This document shows positions 7,473 to 10,526 of a stretch of DNA of 10,526 nt, one piece after another. Location of the stretch: the NCBI GenBank assembly GCA_041288045.1, contig JBGGMM010000229.1, forward strand, positions 1 through 10,526. The letters are read 5' to 3'. The translations under genes were made by a program, and so were the position numbers. This stretch comes from Pseudobdellovibrionaceae bacterium (GTDB lineage: Bacteria > Bdellovibrionota > Bdellovibrionia > Bdellovibrionales > Bdellovibrionaceae). The notes under the pieces are model-generated. The model saw nothing but the letters and a program-made list of their open reading frames with translations. It was not told where the DNA came from and did not search any database. How positions within the stretch are numbered: the stretch's first letter is position 1; every line of letters starts with the position of its first letter.

Positions 7473-9215
7473 TTAATCTGTGGTTCCTGGGGGTTTTCCT
7501 GAGCCGCCGGCTTTTGATGGGTTTGATCCTTCTTGCTGGATTTTCATCAGGGCTGTGCTGACGGCTTCGGCGATTTGAAGCTTTTTCTTATTGGCCATCC
7601 AACCTGAATTGTCGGCGCGGACTTTTTCAAGTTCACTCTTGGCATTAGGGTCATCAAAAAAGTTCAATGCATTTTTGCCGGCGTCTTTTAATTCTGTTTC
7701 TTTGGATTTTAACAAATCCAAAATTTTTGGCAGCGCAGGCGCTCCGATTTTTCCTAAACTTTGGCTGCACCATTTTCGCACGACTTCGTTGCTGTCGCGA
7801 ACACAGCGATCTGCCGTTTCGAGTGCCTCTTCTGGTGAGCTCTTGACGTCGATTTCAGCCAAGGCTCTTGCAGCCACTGGTTTTTCCAGAACTTGTGGTT
7901 GGATCACTTCTTGGCGAATGGCTTGAAGGCCTGGCCGACCTAAACATCCCAGGGCCGCCATGGCTGGATCCTGATCTCCACCGGTTTTGATTGAAGCCAC
8001 GACATTTTGAATGTGCGGTTCAGCAATCGCCCTTTGAGCTTTGGGCAAAAGACAAATCATTCCAACGGCTCGGTCTCGGGCCTCGTTCGTGCTTGGTAAA
8101 TTGGTCGACACATATTCGACCACCAAGTCTTCTCGCTTCAGTTCTGACATCAGGACCTGGGCGGCCTGCGAGCTCTGCTCAGGATCATCCAAAAGAGATT
8201 TCAATCGACTGGTCGCCCATTTCTTTTCATCTTCTCCCAAGCGCGCTAGCACATAAGCTGTGGCTTCGATCACTTCCGGTGATTCCTTTTCATTGATTCG
8301 CTTCACAAGAAGATAAGAAATGCGGTGAACATTTTCATAGCCAAATCGAGGCATGGCTCGAATCGCAGCAGCACGCACGCGGGATTTTGAATGTCCAATC
8401 ATGATATCAACGAGGCGTGGGAGTGCCACAACGGCTTTCATTTCTGAACATTTCACAGCTTTTGCAGCCCAATAGACCACATCTTCAGGCCCCTTCGGTT
8501 GCAGAGCTGCCTGGATCTCTTTTGTCGATTCATAGCAAGGCTTGCCGCTTTCAGCGAGCTCTTTGAATTTCTGAGCTTCTGGGCTCAGTTCCAGCGGTGC
8601 TTCCGCAGCTTTGTCTGCAGTTTCGGATTCAGACTTTTCTTTTTTATCGACCAACGAGGGAGCTCTCACCAACAAAAGCTCGGGACGGCTGTCGATGTAG
8701 GCTCGAACAATCGTCGTTCCCAAAAAAGTGGCGGTCAACGGAACCAAAGCAAAAACTGGCAAGCTCACCAAAAAAGCAGTCATTCGGCTGAAAGAAATTT
8801 TTGAAGCCCAAGTGAGTATGGGCCCCATCAAACTCCAAATGCCAACAAAAAGCGTGAGAGAAAAAATCAGTGGAATAATGAAAGCATGCCAGAAAAGCGG
8901 CATCCAAGGCATCTGCCCAACCAAATAAAATGCGCCAGCCAGCAAAGCCACTTGCACAGCTCGAAACAACCAGGGCTTGGAATTGTAGCGAAGTGAGCTT
9001 GGCAGTGAGTGAGCAATCCAAATCCCAGCTTTTCCCAAAGTGCGCATATTGGCGATCAAACAGATCAAAACGCCAATTCCCATGACGGCGTAAAAAAGCG
9101 GATGGTCTTTGGCTTGAAAATGAAATCTCGAACCCACCACGACGATGGCGATCACAGCGCCAGCAAAAAATAAAATCCACGGTAGAATGAGATTGCGAAT
9201 CACATTTATTTTCAT
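7473..9215 (-). CDS. Membrane protein with ~5 N-terminal TM helices and a C-terminal HEAT/ARM-like repeat domain
   Basis: Five hydrophobic segments in the first ~170 aa. HEAT-like units VRAAAIRAMPRFG, VIEATAYVLARLG, VAARALAEI and VVRKWCSQSLGKIGAPALPKILDLL. 580-aa ORF. Confidence 0.82.
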   Translation of the reverse strand: MKINVIRNLILPWILFFAGAVIAIVVVGSRFHFQAKDHPLFYAVMGIGVLICLIANMRTLGKAGIWIAHSLPSSLRYNSKPWLFRAVQVALLAGAFYLVGQMPWMPLFWHAFIIPLIFSLTLFVGIWSLMGPILTWASKISFSRMTAFLVSLPVFALVPLTATFLGTTIVRAYIDSRPELLLVRAPSLVDKKEKSESETADKAAEAPLELSPEAQKFKELAESGKPCYESTKEIQAALQPKGPEDVVYWAAKAVKCSEMKAVVALPRLVDIMIGHSKSRVRAAAIRAMPRFGYENVHRISYLLVKRINEKESPEVIEATAYVLARLGEDEKKWATSRLKSLLDDPEQSSQAAQVLMSELKREDLVVEYVSTNLPSTNEARDRAVGMICLLPKAQRAIAEPHIQNVVASIKTGGDQDPAMAALGCLGRPGLQAIRQEVIQPQVLEKPVAARALAEIDVKSSPEEALETADRCVRDSNEVVRKWCSQSLGKIGAPALPKILDLLKSKETELKDAGKNALNFFDDPNAKSELEKVRADNSGWMANKKKLQIAEAVSTALMKIQQEGSNPSKAGGSGKPPGTTD

Positions 9216-9399
9216 GCTTCATCGAGTTTCACTGTGGAAACCTCGCCCCCAAATTGAAATGCAAAAATAAAAGCATAATGAAGCCTGGGCCTTTGGTCCA
9301 GCTTATCAGCTCAGAAAAGTCGCAGAATTTCAGCTTGGGGTGCTAAAACGCAGGAGTTTGCAGAGGTTTTGGCGCGGAAAGTCGCTCGCCGCTTGGAAA

Positions 9400-9936
9400 C
9401 TAAGCGGCATCACCCTGACGGCGAGGCAATTTCTTTTGAACCTGATTCTGGTAAGCATTCTCACCAAAATACTTTTTGGCAGCTTCGTTGTAGGCTCGGG
9501 CGGCTTCTTCTTCGCTGGCGAAAAATCCAATGTGGATGGACTTTCCATCAACTCGAATGCCAGCTCTCCAGCATTTGTTCTTGGCGTAGAAAGACACGCC
9601 TTTATAAAGACTGGTGCCCTGCGTGCGGCTCTTTGGCAAAATTCTTTGCCGTTCTTTCATTGTGCAGACAATGAGATTTTCTTTGCGGTAATCAAAACCA
9701 TTTTGAAATCGTCGCGGGTAAACCATCTCGCCTTTTTGCGGCTTCATCAGAAAAGCTCCCAAAGTCAGCATACGTGGGCCCTTTGCGGTCGACATTGTGG
9801 TCACCACTGTTTTGCGGCCTGATTTGGAAGTCACTGTCCGCCACGAGTGCTTCGAGACTTCATCAAAATCCTCGGCATCGATTTTAGCTTGATCTTTTCC
9901 TTTGTTGACGGGAATTGTTTTCCAGCTTTTGCTCAT
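9400..9936 (-). CDS. AP2-domain DNA-binding protein with a degenerate HNH-like domain
   Basis: C-terminal AP2 pattern TSLYKGVSF...WRAGIRVDGKSIHIGFFASEEEAARAYNEAAKKYFGENA. The N-terminal AKIDAEDF...W and DYRKENLIVCT match the phage HNH-AP2 architecture. GAGG RBS upstream of ATG 9936. Confidence 0.88.
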   Translation of the reverse strand: MSKSWKTIPVNKGKDQAKIDAEDFDEVSKHSWRTVTSKSGRKTVVTTMSTAKGPRMLTLGAFLMKPQKGEMVYPRRFQNGFDYRKENLIVCTMKERQRILPKSRTQGTSLYKGVSFYAKNKCWRAGIRVDGKSIHIGFFASEEEAARAYNEAAKKYFGENAYQNQVQKKLPRRQGDAA

Positions 9937-10054
9937 AATGACCTCATCAGACCATTATTTCACAGCTTGGAATTGAAAATAAGCAGCCGGACCTGAAGCT
10001 CTGTAAATTTCGACCGAGGTCTATGTGTCTAGGCCCTTTGATCCAGGATGTCCT

Positions 10055-10080
10055 CAATCAATTGATTGTAATGATTGTAA
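10055..10080. promoter_or_regulatory. 14-bp palindrome overlapping a 2x9-bp tandem repeat; putative protein-binding (IHF-like) site
   Basis: caatcaattgattg (10055-10068) is a perfect palindrome containing aatcaa-ttga-ttg, which matches WATCAA-N4-TTR. tgattgtaa is repeated at 10063-10071 and 10072-10080. Confidence 0.4.
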
Positions 10081-10084
10081 AATC

Positions 10085-10117
10085 AAAAAAAAGAGCTTCT
10101 CAGAAAGAAGCTCTTTT
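10085..10117 (-). terminator. Rho-independent terminator of the GlsB/YeaQ/YmgE gene (possibly bidirectional)
   Basis: aaaagagcttct (10089-10100)/agaagctctttt (10106-10117) inverted repeat. A8 at 10085-10092 gives a U8 tail on the minus strand. It sits ~18 nt after the stop codon. Confidence 0.85.
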
Positions 10118-10135
10118 CAAAACAAAATTTTATTT

Positions 10136-10399
10136 TTACCTGAGAGCGGCTCGACGGTTTCCAACCACCATTCGGTAGATGAAAAGAACAAGCATGGCCC
10201 CTAGGACAGACATGAGAAAGCCTGCAGGTTCGCCTTCATTATACCATCCCAATGAAGCTCCGACCCAAGTTCCCAACCAGGCACCAATAATACCTAGAAG
10301 AGCCGTTAAGACAAAGCCCATGGGATCACGGCCCGGCATCAGGAAACGAGCGAGCAAACCGACGACAAGACCAATGACGATTGTTGCGATGATACCCAT
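10136..10399 (-). CDS. GlsB/YeaQ/YmgE family (transglycosylase-associated) stress-response membrane protein
   Basis: 87 aa, three hydrophobic Gly-rich helices, hallmark GLVVGLLARFLMPGRDPMG...LGIIGA...SVLGA. Strong RBS AGGAGGTG (10405-10412). Confidence 0.93.
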   Translation of the reverse strand: MGIIATIVIGLVVGLLARFLMPGRDPMGFVLTALLGIIGAWLGTWVGASLGWYNEGEPAGFLMSVLGAMLVLFIYRMVVGNRRAALR

Positions 10400-10428
10400 A
10401 TGAACACCTCCTATTGCGAGACAAATAT

Positions 10429-10444
10429 AGCAAAGACATTGCCA
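10429..10444 (-). promoter_or_regulatory. Putative sigma54 (-24/-12) promoter for the GlsB/YeaQ/YmgE gene
   Basis: The minus strand reads TGGCAA-TGTCT-TTGCT, one mismatch from TGGCAC-N5-TTGCW, with exact spacing. It lies ~30 nt upstream of the ATG. Confidence 0.6.
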
Positions 10445-10526
10445 ACCTAAGAGCCATTAGCGAGCTCTTCACGAAGAAAAATCAGTGCAAATTGCCCCAC
10501 AGGGCGCGAATCCCAAGTTGTCAAAA

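Noticed and set aside
7133..7476. Four short ORFs (70-95 aa) in the structured intergenic region
   Set aside because: They overlap each other, lack RBSs or recognisable domains, and are better explained as by-products of GC-richer palindromic DNA.
8644..9222. 192-aa alternative-frame ORF overlapping the HEAT gene
   Set aside because: It is a same-strand shadow frame with no domain-like features, whereas the 580-aa frame has a coherent TM plus HEAT architecture.
9330..9822. ORFs 9340..9822(+), 9369..9674(+) and 9330..9551(-)
   Set aside because: They are shadows of the AP2 gene with no recognisable motifs.
9400..9936. Prophage or active homing endonuclease
   Set aside because: There are no phage genes, integrase, att-like repeats or intron context, and the HNH catalytic residues appear substituted.
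9925..9952. CUGAUGAG on the minus strand upstream of the AP2 gene, resembling a hammerhead ribozyme core
   Set aside because: There is no properly placed stem II followed by GAAA. The GAGG is simply the RBS of the AP2 gene.

Overview
Ordinary-looking chromosomal window with seven protein-coding genes. The gene set and style suggest a Bdellovibrionota-like bacterium (inference only). The genes are: the 3' part of a DUF4082/Ig-like surface protein, a P-type ATPase with a PEEFP TM4 motif, an orphan soluble histidine kinase, a lipoprotein M3A (thimet oligopeptidase-like) peptidase, a ~5-TM HEAT-repeat protein, an AP2-domain protein with a degenerate HNH domain, and a GlsB/YeaQ/YmgE membrane protein. 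The most unusual element is non-coding. About 300 nt (7121-7420) of the 468-nt gap between the peptidase and HEAT genes folds into nested long-range stems, a ~25-bp hairpin and a C(UUCG)G tetraloop, with G-U pairs favouring the + strand. It is a candidate structured ncRNA or non-autonomous REP/MITE-like element. Two sigma54-type -24/-12 motifs and a palindromic IHF-like site with a tandem repeat are also visible. No CRISPR array, tRNA, rRNA, transposase, integrase or reverse transcriptase was found.
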